A stretch of 64,000 bases of DNA. It comes from Anaerovoracaceae bacterium (lineage in GTDB: Bacteria; Bacillota; Clostridia; Peptostreptococcales; Anaerovoracaceae). The position numbers were made by a program, and so were the translations under genes. Under the pieces are notes generated by a model, which worked only from the letters and a program-made list of their open reading frames with translations, ran no database searches and was not told where the DNA came from. Shown in pieces: positions 37,380 through 47,456 of this stretch. Position 1 is the stretch's first letter. The number at the start of each line of letters is the position of its first letter. The DNA is taken from the NCBI GenBank assembly GCA_041752735.1, contig JBGSVW010000006.1:30399-94398 (forward strand). The letters run 5' to 3'.

Positions 37380-37569
37380 ACTTTCACCTCCCTGTGGACT
37401 AAATGGCGATGGCTCGTACCATCGCAGGGGTGCACTGCAAATGCACGTGCCTATTTATTATACATTACTTATGTATAATTGCAAGGGGTTTTTTGCTTGA
37501 AAAAGGATTCCACGATGTCCACGGAATCCTTGCTCATTATACTAATTTGCTGCCTCAGTTTGCCAATGG

Positions 37570-38487
37570 CTACCATAAATTGTGAGGGTAAAGTCCTTTG
37601 TCCTTCAGAGACTGCAGGGCAGCTGCCACGATAGGTTTGTCCTCTTTGTAGGTCATACCGTACCATTTGTCAGGTGTTGGCAATACCTTGACTGTAACCT
37701 TGCCGTCGTGAATCAGGTGTCCGGTGATGGTGGGAATCAGATACTCCGCTTTCAGTGGATTGTCCTTCATGGCACTTTCCAAAAATGCAGGGAATCCCTC
37801 TTCAAGTGCATCCATCATGGAATGGGTATAACCCCAGAAATTCATGGAAACAGGTGTGTCTTCCGGCATGGCATGCCAGGTTGCACCATCGTCCTCGGAA
37901 TAACAGATTTCACCTTCCACCCGCATGATTCGGGTTCGTTCCACGATGTGGCGCAGATATCCATCTTTAGAAACATCACAGACGCCACGAGCCACATGGC
38001 CGGCATCGCTGATGGTGTTCTTCAGATGGTATCCAACCATGCAAAAGTCAGACCAGCCCACTTCCCGCTCTCCGGCTAAAACACCGTAGACTGCCTGGAA
38101 CCCATAAGGCCCATAGTAGTCGTCCGCATTGATCACCGCAAAGGTGTCAGGAACCAGGTCTTTGCAGCACAAAATCGCGTGTCCCGTTCCCCAAGGTTTT
38201 TCCCGACCATTGGGCACCGAAAACCCCTTCGGCAAATCGTCAAGCCGTTGGATGGCATAGGCGGTTTCCATGTGTCTGCCTACCCGCTCATCCATATGTT
38301 TGCGGAAGTCTTCTTCCATTTCTTCTTTGATGACAAAAACGACCCGTTTAAATCCAGCCATCATGGCGTCATATAATGAAAAGTCCATGATGATTTCGCC
38401 CTGGTCCGTCACTGCGTCGATTTGTTTCATGCCCCCATAGCGGGAGCCCATGCCTGCTGCCATTATAATTAAGGTTGGTTCTTTCAT
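37570..38487 (-). CDS. nucleotidyltransferase family protein (sugar-phosphate nucleotidyltransferase-like)
   Basis: The N-terminal LIIMAAGMGSRYGGMKQ is an NTP-binding loop. The substrate is not assignable from sequence. Confidence 0.65.
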   Translation of the reverse strand: MKEPTLIIMAAGMGSRYGGMKQIDAVTDQGEIIMDFSLYDAMMAGFKRVVFVIKEEMEEDFRKHMDERVGRHMETAYAIQRLDDLPKGFSVPNGREKPWGTGHAILCCKDLVPDTFAVINADDYYGPYGFQAVYGVLAGEREVGWSDFCMVGYHLKNTISDAGHVARGVCDVSKDGYLRHIVERTRIMRVEGEICYSEDDGATWHAMPEDTPVSMNFWGYTHSMMDALEEGFPAFLESAMKDNPLKAEYLIPTITGHLIHDGKVTVKVLPTPDKWYGMTYKEDKPIVAAALQSLKDKGLYPHNLW

Positions 38488-38584
38488 GTGTATCCCTTCT
38501 TTCTACCCGTTCCCCTTTTACTTTTGCTCAATTTTATAATAATTTTCCGTGAAGCACAATGGTTTTGATGATATAATCGTCTAT

Positions 38585-39094
38585 ATGAAAAAGAATATCA
38601 TTTTTGTCACCGGCTTCATCGGAAGTGGTCGAGTCGGTCTGGCCCGCCAATTGGCGGATGAAAAAGGATTGGAATTTGTCCTATTGGACCAAGAAATCGA
38701 GGCCAAAGATGGTCGCAGTGTCCGACGTATTGTCATGTCCATGGGAGAGCACGAAGTCCGCAACAAAGAATACGAAGCGTTAAATGATTTATTGGAACGG
38801 ACAGCAACCGCTGACCTGAGTGGCGAATCTGAATGGCGTGGATTTGTGGTTGCCTGCAGCGACGGCATCATCTTAGATGACGAGTGCCTCTCTTTGCTTT
38901 GTCAAGGTCAGGTTGTCATTGCCGATGAAACACAAACGCCCGAAAAGCTTTGGGAACAGGCCAAATTAGACCCAAATCCAGCTTACGCTTTCTTGTCTGC
39001 ATTTTTATCTGAAGAAGACGAAGCCGAACAGTATCAAAGGTATTTGGCGCTATATGATGTACGAATGCCTATTTATAGGAGGATATCAAAATGA
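38585..39094 (+). CDS. shikimate kinase-like protein with degenerate Walker A
   Basis: IIFVTGFIGSGRVGLARQLADEKGLEFVLLDQEIEAKDGRSVRRIV aligns to the AroK pattern, but GSGKS/T is replaced by GSGRV. Confidence 0.6.
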   Translation: MKKNIIFVTGFIGSGRVGLARQLADEKGLEFVLLDQEIEAKDGRSVRRIVMSMGEHEVRNKEYEALNDLLERTATADLSGESEWRGFVVACSDGIILDDECLSLLCQGQVVIADETQTPEKLWEQAKLDPNPAYAFLSAFLSEEDEAEQYQRYLALYDVRMPIYRRISK

Positions 39095-39624
39095 ACTACG
39101 AAAAGCCGGATCTCAAGGCCATCACCGGCTGGCGCATAGGCCGTCTCATCGGCCTGATTATTTTTTTGGTCTTGGGGATTGCCGCGAGCATTGTTGTCAC
39201 AGTGGTGGACGAATTGTCACCGGCAACTCTTTGGGTTTATCTAATCAGTGGTGGCATTGTGCTGCTCAACCTGCTTGGATTACTGATTCTTCCCGGAATT
39301 GAATACCGTCAATGGAAATATCTGATTACCGACGAAAAGGTCGAGATCGTCCATGGCATTTTCTTTGTGACAACCAGCATCGTACCCATCGTGCGAATAC
39401 AGCATATCACTGTGGGACAAGGTCCCATCTATCGCAAGCTTGGGCTCTTTAAGGTGACCATCGCTTTGGCTAGTGGTACCTTCGAAATCGTCGGCCTCAG
39501 AGATGAGCGTGCCAGGGAAATCAGTGAGACCCTTCGTGCCAGACTGTATACCCGACTGGATGCACAAGTGGGTGCACAGGTGGATGCGCAGACTTCACCG
39601 GATACCGGGGAGGTGTCCGCATGA
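39091..39624 (+). CDS. bacterial PH domain (bPH_2) membrane protein, YdbS-like
   Basis: Two TM helices are followed by YRQWKYLITDEKVEIVHGIFF...IQHITVGQGPIYRKLGL. The start overlaps the preceding gene. Confidence 0.75.
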   Translation: MNYEKPDLKAITGWRIGRLIGLIIFLVLGIAASIVVTVVDELSPATLWVYLISGGIVLLNLLGLLILPGIEYRQWKYLITDEKVEIVHGIFFVTTSIVPIVRIQHITVGQGPIYRKLGLFKVTIALASGTFEIVGLRDERAREISETLRARLYTRLDAQVGAQVDAQTSPDTGEVSA

Positions 39625-41138
39625 TCCGTTTTGGTCCCAAGCGCAGTCACCCGTTGATTATTTTTAATAACTTCTTTAAGAGTTTTGGACTTTTAATTGC
39701 CCTGCTGGCCTTTTGCCTTTTTATAGGCGATTTTAGCATGTTGTACGACAATCTGGCTTTGCCAGTCATCGTTCTGGTTGGCCCGATTACCCGATTGTTC
39801 AATTATTTGTTTACTCAATACACCATCGACGACGAAAAACTCTTTATCGAAAAAGGTCTATTTAACCGTCAAAAAATAGAGCTTCCTTTGAACACCATCA
39901 CCAGCGTGGATTTCTCTCAAAGTCTACTTTTTCAAGCAACCGGGATTTATCTGGTCAATGTGGAGAATTCCGCCAGCCTTCAAAGCAACCAAACTAAAGT
40001 GCAGTTTGCCTTGAAATCCGCATCCGCTCTGGAGGCCAAGTCATTTCTGTTGGGGAAAGAAAATGAAGGAAAACAACAAGTGGACGAAGAGGGATTGCCC
40101 ATCGGCAATACCCTGCAAAACGATGAAACCATTTTGTCTCGACGGGCCGCTTCCTTTGGAGAAATAATACTGCTGGGATTACTTCAGGCCAAAGCCCTGG
40201 TGATTTTCCAGGTCTTGTCTGTTGCTGCGGTGGTCATCACCTTCGGATCTCAACTGTTTTTTAAAGAAAACATCGACGGGGATCAATACCTGTTGGATTG
40301 GTTCCTGAATCTGAAGGGTCTTCAGGTAATCATTATCGCCGTGGTGGTATTATATGCCGCCGGTATACTTGTCAGCGTCTTTATGTCCAGCCTAAAATAT
40401 TTCGGCTTTTGCGTTACCAACCGATCCGATTCCATTTTTGTGGAATATGGCCTTCTGACCCGCAAAACTCACACCATCATGAAGAATAAAATCAGCGGGG
40501 TGAATTACAAACAACCCTTCCTAATGAAACCTTTCAATATGGGCACGCTTTATGTATTCGTTGCCGGGTTCAGTCTGGAAGATGATAATGCCCCAAAAGA
40601 TGCCATGCTCTTCCCATTGATGCGCCGCCACGAATTGCAGCCATTTCTTGAGCAGCATATTCCGGGCATCACGGTGCAACCGGAATACCATACGCCCGAA
40701 AAAAAGGCATTGCCGTATTTCTTCATTTGTCCACGGTTTGTTTTCTCCGTGTTATTCCTGGCAGCATGTGTCGCCATCGGATGTTTTCAAGGCGCACCGG
40801 CAGCCCCAATTATCGCTTTTAGCGAGTATCTGTGGATGGTGGGTCTGGCCGTACTGGTGTTTACCATCTGCTCTGTGATATTGGAATATCGACACACAGG
40901 AATCTACAGTGGAGATGAAAATGTTTCCCTGACCTACGGCGGATACACCCAAAGCGAGGTAACGCTCCTAACCGCCAAGGTGGAGTCCATCCGGGAGCAC
41001 GCCTCCCTTTCCAAGAAACGCAAGAACATCACCAGTGTGTTGGTCAGCATCATGGCCGCGCCAACCTATGCGAACCACCGGGTGCGCAACGTCAGCCTGG
41101 GTGATTTCCGGCTGATGGAAAGCATCTTGAAATACTAA
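39621..41138 (+). CDS. YdbT-like membrane protein with repeated bPH_2 domains
   Basis: It is 505 aa with three repeats of the TM pair plus PH-like module. It has an ATGA overlap with the YdbS-like gene. Confidence 0.75.
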   Translation: MIRFGPKRSHPLIIFNNFFKSFGLLIALLAFCLFIGDFSMLYDNLALPVIVLVGPITRLFNYLFTQYTIDDEKLFIEKGLFNRQKIELPLNTITSVDFSQSLLFQATGIYLVNVENSASLQSNQTKVQFALKSASALEAKSFLLGKENEGKQQVDEEGLPIGNTLQNDETILSRRAASFGEIILLGLLQAKALVIFQVLSVAAVVITFGSQLFFKENIDGDQYLLDWFLNLKGLQVIIIAVVVLYAAGILVSVFMSSLKYFGFCVTNRSDSIFVEYGLLTRKTHTIMKNKISGVNYKQPFLMKPFNMGTLYVFVAGFSLEDDNAPKDAMLFPLMRRHELQPFLEQHIPGITVQPEYHTPEKKALPYFFICPRFVFSVLFLAACVAIGCFQGAPAAPIIAFSEYLWMVGLAVLVFTICSVILEYRHTGIYSGDENVSLTYGGYTQSEVTLLTAKVESIREHASLSKKRKNITSVLVSIMAAPTYANHRVRNVSLGDFRLMESILKY

Positions 41139-41154
41139 TATAGCCATAAACAAA

Positions 41155-41198
41155 AGAGAGGCATATGTAATGTTACACTACATACGCCTCTCTTTTTT
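41155..41198. terminator. bidirectional terminator
   Basis: AGAGAGGC-ATATGTA ... TACATA-C-GCCTCTCT is a long hairpin followed by T5, lying between convergent genes. Confidence 0.8.
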
Positions 41199-41213
41199 CT
41201 TATTCAATTTTGT

Positions 41214-41885
41214 TTATTCGTGGTCCTCAATTTCCAGCGCATCGCTGGGTTGCAGGAACTTTTTCGGCACGAATTTTGTCCCAAGCATATAAACCGCCGT
41301 TGCCACAAAAATTCCTTCTGCCCAACCCGCCAGCACATCTGTGGGATAATGGACACCTAAGTAGATTCGACTGGGACCGATGAGTGCAATCAATAAGACC
41401 AGAACCACCGACAAGGCCTTGGCCTTTTTTCTATCTTCCATTCTGGTTTGCACCAGGAACAGCAGCATGCCATAAAACGCCATGCTAGTAACCGAATGGC
41501 CACTTGGGAACGCATATCCGCCCTGCTCAATCAATGGTACGATGTCCTCGGGTCTGGCACGCTGAAATAATTGCTTCAAGCCTTTGTTCAGCAGGGTATC
41601 GGCGATGGCCACTGTCGAACCCAGCACCCCATACGGAATTCTGGTTTTGTCATAAGCTAGCAACAACAGACAAATTATCACAATGGACTGCCAATTGCCC
41701 AAATAGGTGATGCCTTCCAACAAGGTGTTTAATCCATTCATCTGTAGACTATAGATAAATTCCCTGATAGGATCATCAAATCCTGTGGCATTGCCTGTTA
41801 TCACAAAATAGGCAATGATGCAAAACAATAGCAACGACCCGCCTAAAATACCAAATCCCGTTAGGGAATTTTTTGATTGATTCAC
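41214..41885 (-). CDS. PAP2 family phosphatase
   Basis: It has the KxxxxxxRP ... PSGHS ... SRIYLGVHYPTDV tripartite motif. Confidence 0.85.
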   Translation of the reverse strand: MNQSKNSLTGFGILGGSLLLFCIIAYFVITGNATGFDDPIREFIYSLQMNGLNTLLEGITYLGNWQSIVIICLLLLAYDKTRIPYGVLGSTVAIADTLLNKGLKQLFQRARPEDIVPLIEQGGYAFPSGHSVTSMAFYGMLLFLVQTRMEDRKKAKALSVVLVLLIALIGPSRIYLGVHYPTDVLAGWAEGIFVATAVYMLGTKFVPKKFLQPSDALEIEDHE

Positions 41886-41897
41886 AATTTGCTCCTT

Positions 41898-42893
41898 CTA
41901 CTTGTTTATGAAATCGCTGGCAGCTTTGAGTCCGTACGCAGGTTCTGCTGCAAGAGCTGCGCGGGTGATGGCCTTGGCCATCACCCTTGTTGCCAGTGCA
42001 CCCAGCGCATCGGGGGAAACTTCCACTTCTCCGGTTGCCATGACAAAAACCGTATCTCCATCAAAAGATGTATGTACCGGTCGAATTGCCAGGGCATATC
42101 CGTTGTGTACAATAGAGGCCAGCTTGTTACATTGGGTTTTGGTTAGCTTTGCATTGGTGATCAGGCAGCTGATGGTGGTGTTGCCGCTGAACACGTTACG
42201 GTTGGATGACATCTCGCCAAGCATGGTTTCCACTGTGTCGGAAAGGGCTGTTTTATCTGCGGTCAGTATCCCAGCGATTATCTTGCCTGTTTCAGTGTCA
42301 ATCACATCACCCAGAGCATTGACGGCAACGATTGCACCGCATTGTACCCCACCTACTTCCACGCAGTAGATTCCGGTTCCGCTTTTCATCATATTGTCCA
42401 CGCCCAGATATTTACCAATGGCGGCACCGGTTCCAGCGCCAACATTGCCTTCGGGGATGGGTTTGCCCGGCTCCATCTTATCTGAATTGGCACAGGCCTC
42501 ATATCCCATGGCATGGTCCGGTCTGGATTTGGGATTTCCCACTACCAGGTCGAACAGGGATGCCCCGCAAACGATGGGTACCACACCCACGCCTACATCA
42601 AAGCCGACGCCTTTTTCTTCCAGATAAGTCATGGCACCGTCTCCCGCTGCCAAACCATAAGCACTTCCGCCGGACAGCATGACGCAATGAATTTGTTCTA
42701 CAAGATTGACCGGTTTGAGTAGCTCCGTCTCCCGGGATGCCGGGCCTCCGCCTCTCACATCCACGCCTGCCCAGGCTCCTTTTTCACAGATGATGGCCGT
42801 GCATCCGGTGGCGCCTTCCAGGTCCTGTGCGTGTCCTATTTTAATTCCGTTGATTTCGGAAAGATTAATCTCTTTCATTTTGATCTCTTTCAT
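41898..42893 (-). CDS. P1 (DmpA/S58) family aminopeptidase
   Basis: Matches are GIKIGHAQD, TGCTAII, and the GTGA...GSAYG pattern. Confidence 0.8.
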   Translation of the reverse strand: MKEIKMKEINLSEINGIKIGHAQDLEGATGCTAIICEKGAWAGVDVRGGGPASRETELLKPVNLVEQIHCVMLSGGSAYGLAAGDGAMTYLEEKGVGFDVGVGVVPIVCGASLFDLVVGNPKSRPDHAMGYEACANSDKMEPGKPIPEGNVGAGTGAAIGKYLGVDNMMKSGTGIYCVEVGGVQCGAIVAVNALGDVIDTETGKIIAGILTADKTALSDTVETMLGEMSSNRNVFSGNTTISCLITNAKLTKTQCNKLASIVHNGYALAIRPVHTSFDGDTVFVMATGEVEVSPDALGALATRVMAKAITRAALAAEPAYGLKAASDFINK

Positions 42894-42967
42894 TTTGTTC
42901 CCCTTGCCTAAAAAGTGAAGGGCACGCCCGGCTTGCAGGGTGCCCTTACCTCTTATGTTTGTTTCAA

Positions 42968-44638
42968 TTAGATTGAAAGCAGGGCCGGAATGGCCTGTGT
43001 CAATGCGATGATAACGCCGACGACGGCTTCGCCGCCCAGAAGTCCGGATGCAATGATGCTGCCTGTTCCTCTTTCTTCATATTTCGGAAAGGCTTTCATC
43101 ACGATGAATCTGACCAAGCCGCCGACAAATGCCGTGGCGGACAGATAGAATGGTAGGTATACGCCAAGTCCCAGTGTCATCACAGGGAAGTTAATAACGT
43201 ACAGGATGACCGCGGCAACTAGGCCGATCAGGAACCAGGTCAGGTTTGGAATACCGCCAACCATGGCAGCAACCATACCTGCTTGTGGCGCAATGAAGCC
43301 TTCGGCTGATCCGAATGCTTCCGGGCCGTAAGCAACCAGGATGACATAAAATACAGCAACAGCGGAGAATGCGCCGACGATTCCGCCAATGCATTCGCCC
43401 AGCCACTGGGCTTTGGGGTTGGATTTCAGGATGTAACCGGCTTTGAAGTCATTCATAACATCGCCTACCAAACCGCAAGCGATGGCAACGATGGCTGCCA
43501 CAAAGAAGGCCTCAGTTTGTCCGATATCGGAAACCGCTTTGGCGGCAATCAGTACGATGATGCCGAAGACTTCCATGGGGTTGATACCGGATTGACCAAC
43601 AGTCTGAGCGGACATGGCGGTAGCCAGCCAAACACCTAAAATCGCAACGACACTTGCAAAGAAAGGCATGTCGGTTACAAAGGTATAAAGTACAACCAGA
43701 AGAATCATGAGAATCGGTGCCCATCGCAAATTGACGATGCTACCGTTGTTATCATAATTGCTCTTGCTGAACATAGGTCCAAATATTTCTTTTGCTTTTG
43801 GCAGGATGCCCTTAACGATGATGCCAACCCCGGTACCGACCATCAGGCCAATACCCAAGGAAGACTTAATATCATTGGCAGCGGTCAGGTCCCACCAGCC
43901 CATTTCAACTCCACCGAAGACGATACCAAAGTTGCCCAGGATTGCGCCTAGGAACCAAACACCGATGAAAATCGGTCCGACAATGTAACCAACCGACATC
44001 AGCATGGGAGATGCCCAGATGGCCGGAATGATTCCGTATGTCGCGGTCAGGTTGGATGCAACTGCATTGCCGGGAAGCAATGCCGGAATGAGTAACGCTT
44101 TGTCCCGTAGGAATGTCCACAATGCAGCGACGCCCAATGATGTAAACAAGGTGATGGCTTTCTTGCCTCCCTCGTCTCCAACAATCAGGGTTTCTGCTGC
44201 TGCTTGGCCCATGGGATAGGATAGCTGCTTGGTTTCGACAAAATATTTACGGATAAGTGCTGTAAAAATCAAACCAAGAAGTACGCCGCCCAAAACGACT
44301 AGTAGTAGGTCTAAGAAGCTAACGTCTGCACCCGGGTCCAGCATGTAGATGCCTGGGATGGTAAAAGCCAAACCCCCGGCTGTCATTGCGCCCGCAGACA
44401 TCGCAGTATGGGTGACGTTAATCTCGTTGATGTTTGTCTTACCCAAGGCTTTCAGGAAGAACATTGAAATCAGCGCGACAAAGATAATCGGAAAAGGCAA
44501 CGCACCCAACTTCAGCGCCACATACATGGAGCTGCAGGTGAGAATCATTGAGCCTGCGGAACCGATTAACATTCCACGCAGAGTGAATTGTTCTCTGAAA
44601 GAAGCGGCATATTTAATGCCTTTAGTTTCTTTTTCCAT
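42968..44638 (-). CDS. OPT family oligopeptide transporter
   Basis: It is a 556-aa polytopic protein with an FTLRGMLIGSAGSMIL N-terminus typical of bacterial OPT. Confidence 0.8.
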   Translation of the reverse strand: MEKETKGIKYAASFREQFTLRGMLIGSAGSMILTCSSMYVALKLGALPFPIIFVALISMFFLKALGKTNINEINVTHTAMSAGAMTAGGLAFTIPGIYMLDPGADVSFLDLLLVVLGGVLLGLIFTALIRKYFVETKQLSYPMGQAAAETLIVGDEGGKKAITLFTSLGVAALWTFLRDKALLIPALLPGNAVASNLTATYGIIPAIWASPMLMSVGYIVGPIFIGVWFLGAILGNFGIVFGGVEMGWWDLTAANDIKSSLGIGLMVGTGVGIIVKGILPKAKEIFGPMFSKSNYDNNGSIVNLRWAPILMILLVVLYTFVTDMPFFASVVAILGVWLATAMSAQTVGQSGINPMEVFGIIVLIAAKAVSDIGQTEAFFVAAIVAIACGLVGDVMNDFKAGYILKSNPKAQWLGECIGGIVGAFSAVAVFYVILVAYGPEAFGSAEGFIAPQAGMVAAMVGGIPNLTWFLIGLVAAVILYVINFPVMTLGLGVYLPFYLSATAFVGGLVRFIVMKAFPKYEERGTGSIIASGLLGGEAVVGVIIALTQAIPALLSI

Positions 44639-44700
44639 TTTTCCTCCCTTTCATCATTACAAATAATTCTCTTCTTTTTATACAATGCAAAACGGCACCG

Positions 44701-46416
44701 TTACGAAGATGAATCTTCATATTCGATTATACCATCTATTACTGTCATTTCAATCTTTACCTCTCTGATTTGATGTGGTAAAGTGTTTAACAAATTGTCG
44801 GATAATACGACCAGGTCTGCCAGTTTCCCCACTTCGATGCTGCCTTTGATTTCCTCCTCTTTGGATGCGATGGCTCCGTTTATGGTGTAAAGCCGCAATG
44901 CCTCCTCTAGGGTAATGCATTGTGTCTGGTCCACCGATTCTCCTGTGATTCGGTCTATCCGGTTAACCGCGGCATCCAGCACGGCCATGGGCTCAATGGG
45001 ACCGGAGGGTGCGTCGCTGGAAATAGAAACCCGAACGCCGGCGTCAATCATAGATCGCAGGGCGATGAAATACTTCATCCGTTCCCCATAGTAATCTGTA
45101 TAGTTGCTGCCGTTCCAGGCGATAAAACCAGGGTTGCAGCTGGGGCAAATTCCCAGTTCGGCCATTCGGTCTATCAAATCCTGATTCACGATGGCGCAAT
45201 GTTCAATACGGTGTCTCGGGTCTTGTCTGGGAAAAGCATTCATGACTTTTTCATAGCCTTCCACCATAAATTCCACCGCCAGATCTCCCACCGCGTGAGC
45301 AGTGACCTGGCAGCCGGCACGGTGCAATTCTTCTATATATTCCGCAGTTTCTTCCCGATTCCAACCAAGAATCCCCGGCAAGCCTGGGTCATGGGAATAT
45401 GGCTCCATTGTGGCGCAGGAAGGAGCGCTGGTGCCTCCGTCAATCATAAATTTGCAGCATCCATACCGGAAATAAGCATCCCCTTCTCCACTGACATGGC
45501 CTCCTTCAATGAAGGCCTTATTGTCTGCCAGAGAAAATGTTTTGCCAAAAATACTGTGTATCATCATGTAGGACCTCGGTTTAAAAATTCGCCGAGTGCA
45601 AAGATCCTGCATGAGGCGGTATGAAATTTCACCACACTCTCCGGGGTCGTGAACAGAGGTAATGCCGTTTTTAAGGAGCAGGTCATTGGATTTCATAGCC
45701 GCATCATATTGCTGTTGCTCCGTGTAGCCGACTTTGCTCCACAGCAAAAAGTGGGTGTGGTCATAAACCAACCCGGTCAGTCGTCCGCTATGTACTTCAA
45801 TTTCGTTTTCGGGGTATCTTGCCGCATCGATAGGCGAAAACACGCCAATAGTGGCAAGGGCTTGACTATTATAAATGGAAATATGGCCACTGACATGCAT
45901 GCATTGAACCGGGTGATTGGGGGCTGCTTTGTCCAGTTCCTCCCGGATTAGATGCCGTTTCTCGGCGATACTGTTTTGATTGTACCCCATCATGGAAATC
46001 CAAGTGCCCGGGGGCCACTTGTCTGCAGCCTTTCGAACCAGGGTCAGGATATCGTCGACGGAAGGGCAGTTTTCGTAAGAGATATCAATAATGGCAGCCT
46101 CTTCATCCAAGCCAAAGAGCCCATTCAAAATCGGATGGTAATGGCTGTCGATAAATCCCGGGAGAAGGGTTTTTCCCTGCAGGTCTACAACTCTTGTGTC
46201 GTGCCCCGCAGTCAGGATGGCTTCTTCCGAAGTTCCGACGCAAATAATTTGATTGCCACTTATGGCCACACCCTGGCATATCCGGTTATCGGCGTCCATG
46301 GTGATGACCTGACCATTGACAAAAACAAGATCTGTCATTGGCCTTTGGCTTTGCATTTCTTTTTCCATTTGTCGCACTCCATTTGTGGTGTCGGCTTTGG
46401 TTATTGTGTTTTGCAT
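44701..46416 (-). CDS. amidohydrolase family metal-dependent hydrolase (Amidohydro_3 type)
   Basis: It has the PGFIDSHYHP HxH motif near the N-terminus and C-terminal SSDAP. The true start is possibly an internal Met. Confidence 0.75.
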   Translation of the reverse strand: MQNTITKADTTNGVRQMEKEMQSQRPMTDLVFVNGQVITMDADNRICQGVAISGNQIICVGTSEEAILTAGHDTRVVDLQGKTLLPGFIDSHYHPILNGLFGLDEEAAIIDISYENCPSVDDILTLVRKAADKWPPGTWISMMGYNQNSIAEKRHLIREELDKAAPNHPVQCMHVSGHISIYNSQALATIGVFSPIDAARYPENEIEVHSGRLTGLVYDHTHFLLWSKVGYTEQQQYDAAMKSNDLLLKNGITSVHDPGECGEISYRLMQDLCTRRIFKPRSYMMIHSIFGKTFSLADNKAFIEGGHVSGEGDAYFRYGCCKFMIDGGTSAPSCATMEPYSHDPGLPGILGWNREETAEYIEELHRAGCQVTAHAVGDLAVEFMVEGYEKVMNAFPRQDPRHRIEHCAIVNQDLIDRMAELGICPSCNPGFIAWNGSNYTDYYGERMKYFIALRSMIDAGVRVSISSDAPSGPIEPMAVLDAAVNRIDRITGESVDQTQCITLEEALRLYTINGAIASKEEEIKGSIEVGKLADLVVLSDNLLNTLPHQIREVKIEMTVIDGIIEYEDSSS

Positions 46417-46497
46417 GTTTGTCGATATTTAGTTGTATTACCCATTGGCTTGATTTCGCTTATGCTTTCGCGTTCAGTCTATCGCCAAATTATAGAT

Positions 46498-47415
46498 TTA
46501 TTTATACTCCATGGTTTTAATCAGATTGGTCAATGCAAGGTTGATGGGTGTTGAAATTCCCAGCGCTCGCCCTTCCCGGACGATGGCACCGTTGATCATA
46601 TCGATTTCAGTTTTTCTTCCATTGGAAACGTCCTGTAGCATGGAGGATCGGTTGGGTGCTGTGGCCTTGCATAAGGCTCGGGTATGTTCCACCGCATCTT
46701 CGTAGCTTAACCTTATTCCTTTGGCATCAGCAACTGCTTTTGCCTCCAAGACAGCCAAGGTCATTAATTCTTCCGTTTCCGGATAGTCCAAGATCTGTCC
46801 ATTGAGCAAGCCGGTGATTGCTGTTAGGGCGTTAAGCCCCACATTACTCAGGAGTTTGCCCCAAATCAAGCCCAGCGCATTGTTGGATGTTTCTGTCTCT
46901 AGTCCTGCTCGAGTGAACATGCTGGCAATCTGCTCTACCCTATCAGTAATTTCTCCGGAAAGTTCACCGATGACGGTTTTTCCTTTGCCTGCGTGTTTCA
47001 TTCTCCCGGCACCTAGCATAGTAGCACCATGGGCGGTGGTTCCTGCCAACACATTGCTAGTGGAAACGGTTTCACAAATGGCATCCACATTGCCCAGTCC
47101 GTTTTGTAGTGTTAACACAGTTGTGGAATCCTTAATCAATGCTTTATTATCCAGCATGGCTTGGCTGGTCATGGTTGATTTTACAAAGACGATGGCCAAA
47201 TCCACGGGACCTACCTCGTAGGCATGTCGGCACGCTTTCAGATTGCTGTAAGTCTGAAAGGAACCGTCCTCTTCCATTTGAACGCCATCGCGGTTGATGG
47301 TATCCAAGTGATCCTGCCAAACGTCAAGTAAATATATTTGATTTTGCGGTAAGGTGGAAAGTCTGGCACCATACAGACAGCCCATGGCTCCCGCACCAAC
47401 GATGGCAATTTTCAT
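46498..47415 (-). CDS. panE: 2-dehydropantoate 2-reductase
   Basis: It has a MKIAIVGAGAMGCLYG Rossmann fold and the ApbA C-terminal domain. It lies adjacent to panB. Confidence 0.85.
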   Translation of the reverse strand: MKIAIVGAGAMGCLYGARLSTLPQNQIYLLDVWQDHLDTINRDGVQMEEDGSFQTYSNLKACRHAYEVGPVDLAIVFVKSTMTSQAMLDNKALIKDSTTVLTLQNGLGNVDAICETVSTSNVLAGTTAHGATMLGAGRMKHAGKGKTVIGELSGEITDRVEQIASMFTRAGLETETSNNALGLIWGKLLSNVGLNALTAITGLLNGQILDYPETEELMTLAVLEAKAVADAKGIRLSYEDAVEHTRALCKATAPNRSSMLQDVSNGRKTEIDMINGAIVREGRALGISTPINLALTNLIKTMEYK

Positions 47416-47456
47416 AGTCTCTCCTTTCCGGCAAACATAATTAGCCGGTGTTGATT

